A stretch of DNA of 64,000 nt from Terriglobia bacterium (GTDB lineage Bacteria > Acidobacteriota > Terriglobia > JAJPHL01 > JAPKYU01). The translations under genes were made by a program, and so were the position numbers. A model generated the notes under the pieces. The model searched no databases. It had not been told where the DNA came from and worked only from the letters and a program-made list of their open reading frames with translations. Each line of letters starts with the position of its first letter. Positions within the stretch are counted from its first letter, which is position 1. The stretch is taken from positions 192,001 through 256,000 of the forward strand of contig CBDCVK010000010.1 in NCBI GenBank assembly GCA_965223005.1. Reading direction: 5' to 3'. This document shows positions 25,911 to 37,238 of the stretch, piece by piece.

Positions 25911-26795
25911 CTACCTACCCCCACTGCCTACTGATTCGGCCAGCCCGAGCAGCCGTGCCGGATTGATCTTCAGCATCCGATCGAGTTCATCGGGAGTGAA
26001 GCCCCTTTTCAGTAAGGCGTCGGCGAAGACGCGCAGGCCGTCGGTGTGGATCGGGTTACCCGCTTGGCCGAGGTCGCTGGTCAGCACGCAGTGCCGGGGC
26101 CCCACCGCGCGGATAGCGCGCGCATAGGCGTCGAGCGAGACGGTACGCCGTTCCGGCAGCAGGGGCGAAGGCAGGGTGCCGCTATAGGCGTGCTCGATGA
26201 AGGCACCCAGCGACACGGCTTGTTGCTGCTGCTCGATCGTCGTGCTGATAGGGGGCATCATAGCGTGACTCACCACGATGGAACGCACGTTGGCGGTGCG
26301 CGCGGCCCGAATGACGGACAGCGCTACTGCCGGCGGGTAGTGCCCGGTGTGAAGGACCAGTCCTTCGCGCGCCACTATAGCCAATAGCTGTTTCACTTCC
26401 GGCAGCAGCTCGCCATCACGCAGCAGCGGAATGCGGTCGGCGTCGAAGGTAGGAAGCCAGACCACGCGGCCATAGCCGCCGCGGGTGCGCGTCATGCGCT
26501 CGACGGCTTCCGGGTTTATGCCGCCCACTGCGCGATTCAACGCAATCCCGCCGAAGGCCTCGATGCCCGGCACTTGGCGCCGCACTAGATAGGCCAAAGA
26601 AGCGGTGGCCTGCCAGTGGTTCTTCAGCACCAAACCGCGGAGGCCGCGCTGGCGCGCAATCTCGGACAGTTCCACCGCGTCCAGCGAACGCGGCACCGAG
26701 TCTGGATCCGAGTGCGCGTGGAAATCAATCGTGCCGGTGAGATCGTACTGGGCCCATAACGGAAGAGCCAGCAACAGCAGGAAAAACCATTTCAT
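25911..26795 (-). CDS. Secreted amidohydrolase-fold protein (DUF6282-like)
   Basis: Signal peptide; ID.HAH..PD...R, VLKNH, GGI.LN..VGGINP.AV, W.PT, TSDLGQ..N. Confidence 0.78.
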   Translation of the reverse strand: MKWFFLLLLALPLWAQYDLTGTIDFHAHSDPDSVPRSLDAVELSEIARQRGLRGLVLKNHWQATASLAYLVRRQVPGIEAFGGIALNRAVGGINPEAVERMTRTRGGYGRVVWLPTFDADRIPLLRDGELLPEVKQLLAIVAREGLVLHTGHYPPAVALSVIRAARTANVRSIVVSHAMMPPISTTIEQQQQAVSLGAFIEHAYSGTLPSPLLPERRTVSLDAYARAIRAVGPRHCVLTSDLGQAGNPIHTDGLRVFADALLKRGFTPDELDRMLKINPARLLGLAESVGSGGR

Positions 26796-27520
26796 CGGGA
26801 GGATCGGCAAAAGCCACCGAAAATCGCAAGCTCGAAGTACTTCCAAAAACAGTCCACATCCACGAAACCGATCTCCCGCAGCCACTCGCACTGTGCTTCA
26901 ACCGGGGCGAGAATATTGGCTGCACGATCGGGACGTTCCAGAAAGTCGTGTCTTGCCTGCTCAGGCGTTACATGCTCGCCTCGCTCGCGCCGGCGCATAT
27001 ACAGGTGTTCCGCCATCGCCTCGTTAAACATCTCTTCCACGAGCGGCGTCGGGCTGGAGACGTGTTCCAGGTTAAGAAATACGCCGCCCTCCGACAGCAG
27101 GCCGTAGATTTCCTCATAGAGTTTCCGCTTTCGTTCGTCCGACAGATGATGAATCGCTAGGCCGGAAAGTATAGCGTCAAATTGTCCCTTGACTGCGCTG
27201 CACCAGGAGAGTGAACCTACATCGGCTTCCGCTATCGTAGCGCGGTCCCCAAACTTTGCCAGGCGATTGCGGGCTCGTTCCAACATGAGGGATGAGAAAT
27301 CCAATGCCACGCCACTCGCTTGCGGGAACGCCTCCAAAACGGTCGCTAGGATGATCGCGTCCCCCGCACCGAGATCCAATATCCGAAGTAACCTTGTTTG
27401 CGCAAAGCCCAGTACCCGCAGCGTTACTTCAAGTTGTCTCTGACGGTCGGGGACGTGTAAGGAGTGCTCATCCAGGAATGCTGCCGCGACCTCACGATTT
27501 TTCCAAACGGAATCTTTCAC
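26792..27520 (-). CDS. Class I SAM-dependent methyltransferase
   Basis: ILDLGAGDA, FDAILSGLAIHHL, W.REIGF.DVDCFWK. Confidence 0.9.
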   Translation of the reverse strand: MKDSVWKNREVAAAFLDEHSLHVPDRQRQLEVTLRVLGFAQTRLLRILDLGAGDAIILATVLEAFPQASGVALDFSSLMLERARNRLAKFGDRATIAEADVGSLSWCSAVKGQFDAILSGLAIHHLSDERKRKLYEEIYGLLSEGGVFLNLEHVSSPTPLVEEMFNEAMAEHLYMRRRERGEHVTPEQARHDFLERPDRAANILAPVEAQCEWLREIGFVDVDCFWKYFELAIFGGFCRSSR

Positions 27521-27586
27521 GGGTTATAAGTGGTTCCCGAGCTGGCTGACTCCCGTTGACGGCCGGGATGGGAAGACGCGGCCGGT

Positions 27587-28588
27587 TCACCTCCTCCTAT
27601 ATTTGCGCAGGACCTTGACATCGGCAGGAGCCTGCCGGTTGGAGTAGGAAAAAGTGACTTCGCCCACATAGAGGTCGCCGTGAGAGTCGAGTGCGACCGA
27701 GTGCGGGGCGAAGAATCGCCCTTTGCCGTAGGGATCCTCGGCATTCCAATCCGCCTGGATATTCCCGTTCGGGTCACGAACAGTCATGCGTGCCGGGGGT
27801 TGATCCAGATCGGCTTTCTTACCGAACATGAAAATCCCTCCAAGCTCGGCAACGTAAAAGTTTTTTTCTGCATCCTGGCACAGACTGTCCGGCCACCGAA
27901 CCTCGCTCCACTGAGTGATAATCTCGCCTTGAGGTGAGAAAATCTGAACGCGCATGTTCTGACGGTCCGCAACATAGACTCGTCCTTCCTTGTCCACGAA
28001 GATGCCATGAGGCGTAGCGAAGTGACCTGGCCCACCGCCCGGCTCACCCCAGGAGAAGAGCAGTTGACCGTCTGCGGTGAACTTGTGAACGCGGGCGTTC
28101 CCATAGCCGTCAGACACATACAACTCTCCTTCGGGAGACAGGGCAACGTCGGTCGGAGTATTGAAAGGGGGCCCGGAGCGGACAATTGTCTTCCAATCAT
28201 CTGGCACGAAACCCGTATCTGCCACGCCATTCTTGGGGGCGAGGGTCATCAGGAGTTTGCCATCAGGGGTGAACTTCTTCACCCGGTGGCCTTGGGCATC
28301 GACACAGTAAACGGAGTCATCGGGCCCGATAAAGATCATGTGCGGGCACACGAACATCCCATCTCCCCAAGATTCCAGGAAACGTCCGTTACGGTCTAAA
28401 ATGACGACGGGATGCTCGGAACGGCAGAAGGCGAAGAGACGGTCTTGAGAATCGATGGCAACCCCCGGAACCTCCCCAAGATTCCATCCTTTAGGTAGCT
28501 GAGCCCAGCCCTCTGCTTCTTCAAAAACAAACTTCCCCGACCCAACTTTCAATGAAGTACCCTCCTTGTTCGATTCGCTTAATTGCAA
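27587..28588 (-). CDS. NHL-repeat protein (peptidyl-alpha-hydroxyglycine alpha-amidating lyase-like)
   Basis: FNTPTDVA, YVSDGYGNARVHKF, F..PHGI, YVADR.N.RVQIF. Confidence 0.88.
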   Translation of the reverse strand: MQLSESNKEGTSLKVGSGKFVFEEAEGWAQLPKGWNLGEVPGVAIDSQDRLFAFCRSEHPVVILDRNGRFLESWGDGMFVCPHMIFIGPDDSVYCVDAQGHRVKKFTPDGKLLMTLAPKNGVADTGFVPDDWKTIVRSGPPFNTPTDVALSPEGELYVSDGYGNARVHKFTADGQLLFSWGEPGGGPGHFATPHGIFVDKEGRVYVADRQNMRVQIFSPQGEIITQWSEVRWPDSLCQDAEKNFYVAELGGIFMFGKKADLDQPPARMTVRDPNGNIQADWNAEDPYGKGRFFAPHSVALDSHGDLYVGEVTFSYSNRQAPADVKVLRKYRRR

Positions 28589-28664
28589 CGATCAAATAGT
28601 CAATGGCCCATCAAGCCGGCGCAATCTTGGCGAACGAGAGTTGCGCCCGAAGGGAATAGGCCGG

Positions 28665-29693
28665 TCAAGCGGGTGTGTCCAGCGCGAACCCGTGTTGGAG
28701 ACGATGGTGAGGGTTATCGAAGGCCTTGCTGGATTTGAACAATTCGTGCCGGCCGTCGGTTGCTTCCGCGCGAACCCGGTTGAGGAGGGTTTCTTTCTCC
28801 TGCCCGCCCATTGGCTTGAAGTCACGTGCAACGCTTAGCGCCTGCTGCAGATCAGCCATGGAACTCAGGCCGACCACGAGAGTGGAAATCGGCTGGCTGA
28901 GAGCATATCGAATACAATCGGTGGCCGAGACTCCCGCCTTGTCCGGGATGCGTCCCTTCGGGAAGCCGCCGCCGAGGCTCTTCATGCCCACCACACCGAC
29001 TTTCTTCTTCAGACACACCGGGACCACTTCCTTTGCAAAGCTTCTGTAGTGAGCGTCCATGACGTTGATGGGCATCTGGGAGGTGGCCCAATGGTAGGGT
29101 TTGTTCAACATCTTCAGATGGATGATGGGATCTTTGTGACCCGTAAATCCGATGAAGCGCACTTTTCCTGCCTTTTGGGCTTCCAGAGCAGCTTTCAAGC
29201 CTCCCCTATCAAAAACCCAGTCGGGATCATTGTCGTAGTTCGTTTCATGAAATTGCCAAAGGTCCAGGTAGTCAGTCCGAAAGCGACGCAGGCTATCCTC
29301 TAAATTCTTCTTCGAGCCTGCATAATCGCGCTCGCAGTTTTTCGTCATGAGGAAAGCATTCTTCCGTCGGGCTCCTTGCGCCAGAGCTTTTCCCATGATC
29401 TCTTCGCTGCGCCCGTCGTGATAATCCCAGGCATTGTCGAAAAACGTGACTCCCTCGTCGAGGGCGGTGTGCATGACACGAATGGCTTCGCCGTCATCCT
29501 CGATTCTTCCGATGTGCCAGCCTCCCAAACAGAGGATAGAAACCCGATCGCCCGTGTCGCCCAGAGGCCGGGTGGGGATGCCCTGCCCACTTGCAGCTCG
29601 AGTCTCCGCCAAAATCGTATCCGACAGCGACAAGACGGACGCCGAAGCTAAAGCGGTTTGCAGAAACTCTCGTCGGTTTCGATCGCCTTCCAT
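28665..29693 (-). CDS. Aldo/keto reductase with twin-arginine-type leader
   Basis: NRREFL leader; R.LG.TG..VS.L.LGG, FFDNAWDY, SL.R..TDYLDLWQ.H, IGFTGH. Confidence 0.9.
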   Translation of the reverse strand: MEGDRNRREFLQTALASASVLSLSDTILAETRAASGQGIPTRPLGDTGDRVSILCLGGWHIGRIEDDGEAIRVMHTALDEGVTFFDNAWDYHDGRSEEIMGKALAQGARRKNAFLMTKNCERDYAGSKKNLEDSLRRFRTDYLDLWQFHETNYDNDPDWVFDRGGLKAALEAQKAGKVRFIGFTGHKDPIIHLKMLNKPYHWATSQMPINVMDAHYRSFAKEVVPVCLKKKVGVVGMKSLGGGFPKGRIPDKAGVSATDCIRYALSQPISTLVVGLSSMADLQQALSVARDFKPMGGQEKETLLNRVRAEATDGRHELFKSSKAFDNPHHRLQHGFALDTPA

Positions 29694-29974
29694 TCTCAAC
29701 CTCCTGATCTTTGCTGGTCCCGGGTGCCTTAACCGTGGTCGCAAATTATAAGTTCAATTTCGCCTTCGCGCAAACTCATACGCCAGCTGCCCTCTCGTGT
29801 CAAGTTCAGATAGCCATGGACTCTTTGGGGTGGCTTCGCTGCTCCCTTTGGCCGTTCTGCTGACCAGCCTGGTCTGTTTCTCACCTCCAGCCTGCCCCGC
29901 TGCTAGGGGTTCCCTCACAAAGACCCCCGTGCGAGCCTGCTCTCGATCTGCTAACCTATTGAAAGCGTTGTTGC

Positions 29975-30064
29975 GGAGAGGTGTCCGAGTGGCTGAAGGA
30001 GCACGCTTGGAAAGCGTGTTTACTCGAAAGGGTAACGAGGGTTCGAATCCCTCCCTCTCCGCCA
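29975..30064 (+). tRNA. tRNA-Ser(GGA)
   Basis: 90 nt, anticodon arm CACGC-TTGGAAA-GCGTG, long variable arm, encoded CCA. Confidence 0.96.
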
Positions 30065-30071
30065 AATTAAC

Positions 30072-31907
30072 TCACCGGAAGCTGGCGTTCAAGATTTTCT
30101 TCCGTAGCCGGATCGACTGCGGCGTTACCTCCACCAGTTCGTCTTCGCGAATGAACTCGATGGCTTGTTCCAGGTTGAGAATGCGCGGCGGAACCAGGCG
30201 GATCGCGTCGTCTGCGGTGGACGCGCGCATGTTGGTCAGTTTCTTCTCCTTGACGATGTTGACGTCCATGTCCTTGTCGCGCGCGTTTTCCCCGATAATC
30301 ATGCCTTGATAAACTTCGATGCCCGGGGTGATAAAGATTTCTCCACGTTCCTGCAGATTAAAAATGGCATAACCGGTAGCCTTGCCCACGCGGTCGGCCA
30401 CGAGCGACCCGGTGGGCCGGGAAGCAATGTCGCCCTGCCACTCGATGTAGCCGTGGAACAGGGAGTTCATGATGGCCGTGCCGCGGGTGCCGGTGAGGAT
30501 TTCGCTGCGCAGTCCGATCAGGCCACGGGACGGCACGTGGAACTCCATCCGCACCCGCCCGGTGCCGTGGTTCACCATCTTCACGACCTTTCCTTTGCGG
30601 GTCCCCAACTTCTCCATCACCGCGCCCAGGAAAGTCTCGGGGCAGTCGATTTCCAGCAGTTCCAACGGCTCGTGGAGGGTGCCATTGATTTCCCTGGTCA
30701 GAATCTCCGGCTTGCCCACCGCCAGTTCGTATCCTTCGCGCCGCATCATTTCGATGAGGATGGCAAGCTGCAGTTCACCGCGGCCCATCACCTGGAACGA
30801 GTCCGCGCCGACCTCTTCCACCTTGATCGAGACGTTGGCGAGCAGTTCCTTCTCCAGTCGATCGCGCAGATTACGAGAGGTCACGTAGGTGCCCTCGCGG
30901 CCGGCAAACGGCGACGTGTTGACCGTGAAGTTCATGGCGATGGTCGGCTCGTCGATCTGGATGTGCGGAAGGGGGCGCGGTGCTTCGGAGTCGGTGACCG
31001 TTTCGCCGATGGTGATGCCTGCCACGCCAGCGATGGCCAGGATGTCGCCGGGGCGCGCCTCGGTTTCCTCCACCCGCTCCAGGCCCACGAAAGAATAGAG
31101 CTTGGTGATCTTCGTTTTTTGCAGCGAGCCGTCCAGCTTCACGATGCCGACCACGTCGCCCAGCCGCAGGGTTCCCTGAAACACGCGGCTGATGGCTAGC
31201 CGCCCCAGATAGTCGCTGTAGTCCAGGTTTGCAACCTGCACCTGGAGGATGCTCTCGGGATCGCCAGCCGGGCTGGGAATGTCGCTCAAGATAGCGTCGA
31301 ACAGCGGCCGCAGATTTTCCGATCCGTCGTCCAGCGCCTTGTGGGCGATGCCCGCGCGCGCGTTGGTGTAGATCACCGGGAAATCGAGCTGGTCTTGGGT
31401 GGCGTCCAGGTCAATGAACAGGTCGTAGATCCCGTCGAGGACTTCCGGGATGCGCGCATCGGGCCGGTCGATCTTGTTGATGACCACAATGGGCGGCAGC
31501 TTGGCCTCCAGCGCCTTCATCAGCACGTAGCGCGTTTGCGGCAGCGGCCCCTCGCTCGCGTCCACCAACAGCATGACGCCGTCGGCGATCTTCAGCGCGC
31601 GCTCCACCTCCCCGCCGAAGTCACTGTGGCCCGGCGTGTCCACGATGTTGATCTTTACGCCCCGGTAATGGACGCCGGTGGTTTTGGCCAGGATGGTAAT
31701 GCCACGCTCCCGCTCCAGCTCATTGGAATCCATGACGCGATCCGCCACCGCTTCGTTCTCGCGGAAGATGCCGCTCTGCCGGAGCATGGCGTCCACCAGC
31801 GTGGTCTTGCCGTGATCGACGTGCGCAATGATGGCGATGTTGCGGATGGTTTCGTTGCGCACACGCTGCTCGGCCGGCGCATGCGGCTGTGTTGTTACCA
31901 ATGTCAT
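30072..31907 (-). CDS. typA: Translational GTPase TypA/BipA
   Basis: [69 protein letters not shown]. Confidence 0.97.
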   Translation of the reverse strand: MTLVTTQPHAPAEQRVRNETIRNIAIIAHVDHGKTTLVDAMLRQSGIFRENEAVADRVMDSNELERERGITILAKTTGVHYRGVKINIVDTPGHSDFGGEVERALKIADGVMLLVDASEGPLPQTRYVLMKALEAKLPPIVVINKIDRPDARIPEVLDGIYDLFIDLDATQDQLDFPVIYTNARAGIAHKALDDGSENLRPLFDAILSDIPSPAGDPESILQVQVANLDYSDYLGRLAISRVFQGTLRLGDVVGIVKLDGSLQKTKITKLYSFVGLERVEETEARPGDILAIAGVAGITIGETVTDSEAPRPLPHIQIDEPTIAMNFTVNTSPFAGREGTYVTSRNLRDRLEKELLANVSIKVEEVGADSFQVMGRGELQLAILIEMMRREGYELAVGKPEILTREINGTLHEPLELLEIDCPETFLGAVMEKLGTRKGKVVKMVNHGTGRVRMEFHVPSRGLIGLRSEILTGTRGTAIMNSLFHGYIEWQGDIASRPTGSLVADRVGKATGYAIFNLQERGEIFITPGIEVYQGMIIGENARDKDMDVNIVKEKKLTNMRASTADDAIRLVPPRILNLEQAIEFIREDELVEVTPQSIRLRKKILNASFR

Positions 31908-32133
31908 CCTTACGGGAACCTTCGATTCTGAGACGGAATTTCCTCTTGGCGGTTCCAGGTAGCTTTCAGTATAACACCGGGGCAAGAAAGTTCCTTAAAA
32001 CGCAGCAGGTACTGGTTCTTCCGTGCACTGCCGTGATCCGTTGCGTCGAGCTGGGCCGAGGGTGCGGCCTGGTGAGGTTCTTCCTGGCGGCAGTCCACGC
32101 CTTCTTTTCCTTGAGCCTTCTCACTCCCGCCTA

Positions 32134-32601
32134 CTATTTCGCCAACTGCTTCCAATACTCGGCAGCCAGGAGACCCTTCTCAATTTGTGGCAGCGTCCTC
32201 CAGCGGTCGATGTCACGCGCCTTCAGAATGGGGTATGCAGATGTAGCACCGCCAACACCCGGACTCTCCACCGAGAAAACGACGCGGCTGATCTGAGCCT
32301 CACGAATCGCATAAGAGCAGAGGAAGCAAGGTTCGTTGGTTGTGTAAAGTGTCGCCTGTGACAACTTCGTTCGTCCAGCAGCCCGCAGAGCTGCTACGAC
32401 CGCAAGAATCTCAGCGTGTGCAAAAGGGTCGCTACCGGCTGGTGAGCGCTCCTCGGCCTCCGCCATGATCTGTCCCTCCAGCGTGATCACACAGCCGACC
32501 GGTGTGTTGCCGGCCTTGGTTGCCAGGATGGCCAGATCGATACAGCGCCGCATCATGAGTTGATCGAAGACCCGTTGATCGAAGGCCGGGTCGGCTGGCA
32601 T
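32134..32601 (-). CDS. Zn-dependent nucleoside/tRNA deaminase (TadA-like family)
   Basis: HAE and EPCFLC motifs. Confidence 0.85.
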   Translation of the reverse strand: MPADPAFDQRVFDQLMMRRCIDLAILATKAGNTPVGCVITLEGQIMAEAEERSPAGSDPFAHAEILAVVAALRAAGRTKLSQATLYTTNEPCFLCSYAIREAQISRVVFSVESPGVGGATSAYPILKARDIDRWRTLPQIEKGLLAAEYWKQLAK

Positions 32602-32619
32602 CGTTTTAGGCTTCCCTTT

Positions 32620-34287
32620 TCACCGCATCCCCTTTTGCCCTTCGCGCAAGCCCAGAGACTTGATCTTGGAGGACAGAGTGGTGGGCCTGAGTCCGAGTAG
32701 CCTGGCGGCTCCGGTTGGGCCTGAGATTCTCCAATGGGTTGCCTCCAGCGCTGCAAGCAGGTTGTCCCGCTCATCGCGCTTGAGTTGTTTGTAGTTCAGA
32801 ACCTCTTTGGGACCTTTCTTCGACTCAATCGCCTCAACAGAGCTGCGGTTCTTGTCGCTCACGGCACCAGATAAATCAAACTCCAGGGGGCCCGATTGCG
32901 CCCCAATGACTGCTCTCTCAATGATGTTCTGCAGCTCACGGATATTGCCTGGCCACTCGTGGCGCTGAAGAGTTTCAACGTGCCGGCGCTTGAGCCTCTG
33001 TGTCGGAACGCCTAACCGCTGACTGGCCTGCTCGAGGAAGTGCTCGGCCAGCATCGGCACATCGTCCAGCCGCTCACGGAGCGGAGCGACGTTGACGGGG
33101 AACACGCTGAGCCGGTAGTACAGGTCCTCCCGAAACCGCCCCGCTTCAACCTCGTGTTTCAGATTCCGGTTGGTCGCCGCAATGACTCTCACGTCAACCT
33201 TTTGCGTGCGCTCATCCCCGACCCGATCGAACGTCCCCTCTTGCAACACGCGCAGGAGCTTGCTCTGCAAATCCACCGGAATCTCGCCAACTTCATCGAG
33301 AAAAAGCGTTCCTCCGTCGGCAAGCTGAAAGCGGCCGACACGGTCCCTGATTGCCCCGGTGAACGCGCCCTTGACGTGGCCGAAGAACTCGCTTTCGAAC
33401 AGCTCCCGCGGCACCGAACCGCAGTTCACCTTGACCATCGCACGGTCCCTCCTGCGGCTGCACTCGTGAATTGCGCGCGCGATGAGTTCCTTCCCGGTGC
33501 CCGACTCGCCACAGATCAGCACGGTCGTATCGGCAGGTCCCACAAGGCCAACCTGGGCCAACACATTCCGCAACGCTGAGCTTTGGCCGACCATGTCGCC
33601 AAAGCCTTGTGCGACCTTAAACTCTTCCCGGAGATATTCGTTTTCGGATTCTAGCCGGCGATGGAGCTGCTCGATCTGCTCAAACGCGCGGGCGTTGGCG
33701 ATCGCTACTGCTGCATGATCCGCGAACAGGCGTAGCCATGACACCTTTTCGGGACTCAGCCGCTCCCGTGTGAATACTCCCAATACACCGAGAATCTCCC
33801 CGCGGAATGTGAGTGGGTGGCCGGCGAACGTTCGAATACCCTCTTTATGCAGCCAGTCATCGCGTGCGATCCACTTCTCGTCGTCGGCAGTGTTTAACAG
33901 GTATTCCGATTGTCCGCTCGCACCGACTCGCCCGACGATCCGGACACCCAATGGAAACCGTTGAAAGTCACCATCCATTCGGTACCACCAATGGCCGCTC
34001 AAAGGATTCGTTGGCTTTCCCGTGCTGGCTTTCAGGTGCAGGCAACGCTCTTGATCCGGACACTCAGCCCGCATCGGGCACCGTTCGCAAATGTCACCAG
34101 GCGCGGTCAGCCAGATGCGGGCCAACGTACACGACGCCTCGTCAGTTAATCCCATCACGATCTTCTGCAGGACGGTCTCCACGCCACGAGCCTCTGCGAC
34201 CGCCACAGACACGGACTGAAGCAACTCTAGATTGAGAGACTCAGGTTGGACCTGCGACCCACGGCCCCGGACTATGTCGTTCCCCAT
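32620..34287 (-). CDS. GAF plus sigma54-interacting activator (FhlA-like)
   Basis: [38 protein letters not shown]-terminal HTH; Cys-rich insert in the GAF region. Confidence 0.93.
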   Translation of the reverse strand: MGNDIVRGRGSQVQPESLNLELLQSVSVAVAEARGVETVLQKIVMGLTDEASCTLARIWLTAPGDICERCPMRAECPDQERCLHLKASTGKPTNPLSGHWWYRMDGDFQRFPLGVRIVGRVGASGQSEYLLNTADDEKWIARDDWLHKEGIRTFAGHPLTFRGEILGVLGVFTRERLSPEKVSWLRLFADHAAVAIANARAFEQIEQLHRRLESENEYLREEFKVAQGFGDMVGQSSALRNVLAQVGLVGPADTTVLICGESGTGKELIARAIHECSRRRDRAMVKVNCGSVPRELFESEFFGHVKGAFTGAIRDRVGRFQLADGGTLFLDEVGEIPVDLQSKLLRVLQEGTFDRVGDERTQKVDVRVIAATNRNLKHEVEAGRFREDLYYRLSVFPVNVAPLRERLDDVPMLAEHFLEQASQRLGVPTQRLKRRHVETLQRHEWPGNIRELQNIIERAVIGAQSGPLEFDLSGAVSDKNRSSVEAIESKKGPKEVLNYKQLKRDERDNLLAALEATHWRISGPTGAARLLGLRPTTLSSKIKSLGLREGQKGMR

Positions 34288-34309
34288 GGTGGTTTGCAAG
34301 TCAATAGAT

Positions 34310-34361
34310 ACGATATTTCGTTATCTGTCAACGATAAATCGTCATTGTAACGACAACTCGT
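34310..34361. promoter_or_regulatory. Three palindromic ACGA-N4-TCGT sites (putative enhancer for the adjacent activator)
   Basis: ACGATATTTCGT at 34310, ACGATAAATCGT at 34331, ACGACAACTCGT at 34350. Confidence 0.7.
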
Positions 34362-34432
34362 TTAACGCCGGTTGCCGAGAGAAATGCACTAACCTATAAT
34401 TATATCAATCACATATAGGAAGTAAGTACCTT

Positions 34433-34447
34433 TGGAACTCTCCGTGC
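34433..34447 (+). promoter_or_regulatory. Sigma54 (-24/-12) promoter
   Basis: TGGAACTCTCCGTGC gives GG-N10-GC, preceded by an AT-rich IHF-like tract and lying next to a sigma54 activator gene. Confidence 0.65.
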
Positions 34448-34503
34448 TCCTTTGGATGTTGATGAGTCAAATCCCTGCAAAGGGAATCAAAGGAGATAGA
34501 GAA

Positions 34504-35421
34504 ATGGCCCAATCAATGAATCCAACACAACGCCAAACGATGCACCGATCCGTGGAGATCGACGGGTTGGAGATCTTCTTTCGGGAATCCGGTCCATCAG
34601 ATGCTCCAACGATTTTACTACTGCATGGCTTCCCGACCTCCTCGCACATGTTCCGCAACCTGATTCCCAGGTTGTCGGATCGCTTCCACCTCGTTGCTCC
34701 GGACTATCCCGGCTATGGGGCCAGCTCCATGCCCAGTCTCGATTCGTTCGAGTATTCGTTCGACAACCTGGCACGGGTCATCGAGAAGTTCATCGACAAG
34801 CTTAGGCTCACCAGCTACAGCCTCTATCTGATGGACTATGGTGCGCCAGTCGGTTACCGCGTCGCGGCCAGTCGTCCGGAACGCGTGCAATCCCTAATCG
34901 TCCAGAACGGCAACGCTTGCGATGAAGGCCTTCTTGACTTCTGGAACCCGATTAAGGCCTTCTGGAAAGGAAAGACAGCGGAGAACGCCCAGGTACTTCG
35001 GGACACTCTGCTGACGATCGAGGCGACGAAGTGGCAATACACCAACGGCGTTCGCAACGTCGAGACGATCGCACCTGACAATTGGTTCAACGACCAGTTC
35101 TTGCTCGACCGTCCCGGAAACAAAGACATCCAGATCGAGCTCTTCTACAGCTACGGAACGAATCCGCCGCTCTATCCCGAGTGGCAGGCCTACCTCCGTC
35201 AACACCAGCCGCCGACGCTGATCGCCTGGGGCAAGAACGACTACATCTTCCCCGCCGAAGGCGCCGAACCATACAAGCGCGATCTGGACAATGTCGACTT
35301 CCACCTGCTCGACACCGGGCATTTCGCACTGGAGGAAGACGGAGAAGTGATCGCCAACCTGATGCGCAATTTCCTCGAGAGGAATGTTGCGCGTCAAAAC
35401 GAGCGTGCCTCAGCGGCATGA
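34504..35421 (+). CDS. Alpha/beta hydrolase (epoxide hydrolase/haloalkane dehalogenase-like)
   Basis: [18 protein letters not shown], nucleophile [13 protein letters not shown]; AAGGAG RBS. Confidence 0.92.
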   Translation: MAQSMNPTQRQTMHRSVEIDGLEIFFRESGPSDAPTILLLHGFPTSSHMFRNLIPRLSDRFHLVAPDYPGYGASSMPSLDSFEYSFDNLARVIEKFIDKLRLTSYSLYLMDYGAPVGYRVAASRPERVQSLIVQNGNACDEGLLDFWNPIKAFWKGKTAENAQVLRDTLLTIEATKWQYTNGVRNVETIAPDNWFNDQFLLDRPGNKDIQIELFYSYGTNPPLYPEWQAYLRQHQPPTLIAWGKNDYIFPAEGAEPYKRDLDNVDFHLLDTGHFALEEDGEVIANLMRNFLERNVARQNERASAA

Positions 35422-35485
35422 AACAACTGCGACTCTTGTGGGCCGCCGGTATCGAAATCGGCGGCCCACCACAGGGAGACGAAAC

Positions 35486-36169
35486 ATGGCCCGGCCAATT
35501 AGCGACATTGCCTTTACCCCAAGCGTGAAGGCCGCCCAAAAGGTACGAGGTTCCCGCGCCGCCTACGCCAAGATGGAGCAACGGGGAGGTTGGAACGATG
35601 TGATCACTCCGGAACTGAGGGAGTTCATCGCGCAGCGCGAATCTTTCTATCTTGGGACTGCCAGCGCCGAAGGCCAGCCCTATGTCCAGCACCGAGGAGG
35701 TCCGAAGGGCTTCCTTAAGGTCCTCGACGAGAAGACCCTGGCGATGGCCGACTACGCAGGCAACTCCCAGTACATCTCACTTGGTAATCTGGCGGATAAC
35801 GACAAGGCATTTATCTTCTTGATGGACTATCCACATCAGAGTCGTATCAAAATCTGGGGTACCGCAGAGTTCGTCGAGAATGACCCCGCGCTCCTTGACC
35901 GGGTCATCGACCGCGACTACCAGGCGCGGCCGCAGAGGGTCCTCGTCTTCCACCTGAAGGCCTGGGATGTCAACTGTACGCAGCACATTCAGCGACGGTT
36001 CACTGTCGAGGAGATGCAGCCGATCATCCAGCGACTTCACGACCGAATCGGCGAACTCGAAGCCCATAACGCGAAGCTTGAGTCAAAACTGGCAGCGGGG
36101 ACCGAGCCCGTGCCCCCTGGATCAACCAGAGTTTCGAAGCCTGCCTCTCCCCAGGCCTTTTCTCAATGA
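35486..36169 (+). CDS. Pyridoxamine 5'-phosphate oxidase-like FMN-binding protein
   Basis: IAFTPSVKA.Q...GSR, PYVQHRGGPKGFLKVLD, GN.QYISLGNL, WDVNC.QHI. Confidence 0.88.
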   Translation: MARPISDIAFTPSVKAAQKVRGSRAAYAKMEQRGGWNDVITPELREFIAQRESFYLGTASAEGQPYVQHRGGPKGFLKVLDEKTLAMADYAGNSQYISLGNLADNDKAFIFLMDYPHQSRIKIWGTAEFVENDPALLDRVIDRDYQARPQRVLVFHLKAWDVNCTQHIQRRFTVEEMQPIIQRLHDRIGELEAHNAKLESKLAAGTEPVPPGSTRVSKPASPQAFSQ

Positions 36170-36377
36170 AACAGCACAAGCAGTATCCGACCAGCCGTCG
36201 TTCCCTTCTTCCTGGGAGCGCAGCCCTAAACCCAAAAGGAGGTATTGGCACTATTAGGCTGCAGCAATTCTCTGAAACGGCAAGAGTTAGACCAGTCTCG
36301 GTAGACAGGTCCCCACTCACCAGAGCGCAGACTTTGTGTTAAGCTACCGCTGAGGCAGAATCCGGGGGCTTTTTCTC

Positions 36378-36836
36378 ATGGGCAGCATCGGGGAATTCCT
36401 CGAGCGCGAACTCTATTTCGTGCGCACCGAGCAGTCGGTTCTGGACGTCGCCCGCTACATGGCGCAGCGCAACGTTGGCGGCGTGGCGGTGCTGGAGGCT
36501 CTGCCCGACGGCAGCGAGCGGCTGGCCGGGGTCTTCACCGAACGGGACCTGATGATGCGAGTGGTGCTCCGCGGGTTGGAACCGGACGCTACCCCGGTCG
36601 CCAAGGTCATGACGCCCAACCCGGTCGTGGTGGACAAAGGCATTTCGGTCGAAACCTGCCTTCGCACCATGAAGGAGGCCAACTGCCGCCACCTGCCGGT
36701 GGTCTCAGCCGGGCGGCTGGTGGGCATGGTCTCACTGCGCGACCTGCTCCAGTTGGAAATCGCCGACCGTTCTGAAGAAGCAGACCTGATGCGCTCCTAC
36801 ATCCACTCGGTACCTCCCGGGACGGAACTCCCGTGA
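36378..36836 (+). CDS. CBS-domain protein
   Basis: Tandem CBS domains: G.FTERDL..RV, VMTPNP, CRHLPVV...LVG.VSLRDLL. Confidence 0.9.
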   Translation: MGSIGEFLERELYFVRTEQSVLDVARYMAQRNVGGVAVLEALPDGSERLAGVFTERDLMMRVVLRGLEPDATPVAKVMTPNPVVVDKGISVETCLRTMKEANCRHLPVVSAGRLVGMVSLRDLLQLEIADRSEEADLMRSYIHSVPPGTELP

Positions 36837-37216
36837 CCACGGTGATTCTGTTTGCTCACGGCTCGCCGGTGTCCGAAGCCAATCAGGGAATCGCCGCGCT
36901 GGCGCGTCGGGTGGAGGAAAGCATGCCGGGCGGAGTCGTCTTGCCGGCTTTCCTCGATTCTGCGCAGCCGGACCTGGGCGCGGCCGTGGCGGAGGCTGTC
37001 CGACGCGGTGCTTCGCGCTTGGTGGTGATGCCCTACTTCCTGACCGTGGGGCTGCACCTGCGGCGGGACCTGCCGCGGCTGATCGCTGAACAGCGCGCCC
37101 GCTTCCCGCAGGTGGAAATTCTGGTCAGCGAATCGCTGGAGGGTTACGCAAACATGGCGGAGGCCGTGGTGGGCCGTGTGCGCGAGGCCCTGAACGGGAC
37201 CGAGAGAGTTCCGTGA
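36833..37216 (+). CDS. Short CbiX/SirB-like chelatase
   Basis: AHGS, AFLD...P, PYFL..G.H...DLP; GTGA coupling to the CBS gene. Confidence 0.85.
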   Translation: MTTVILFAHGSPVSEANQGIAALARRVEESMPGGVVLPAFLDSAQPDLGAAVAEAVRRGASRLVVMPYFLTVGLHLRRDLPRLIAEQRARFPQVEILVSESLEGYANMAEAVVGRVREALNGTERVP

Positions 37217-37238
37217 GTTGCCAGTCCGCATCGGTCTC

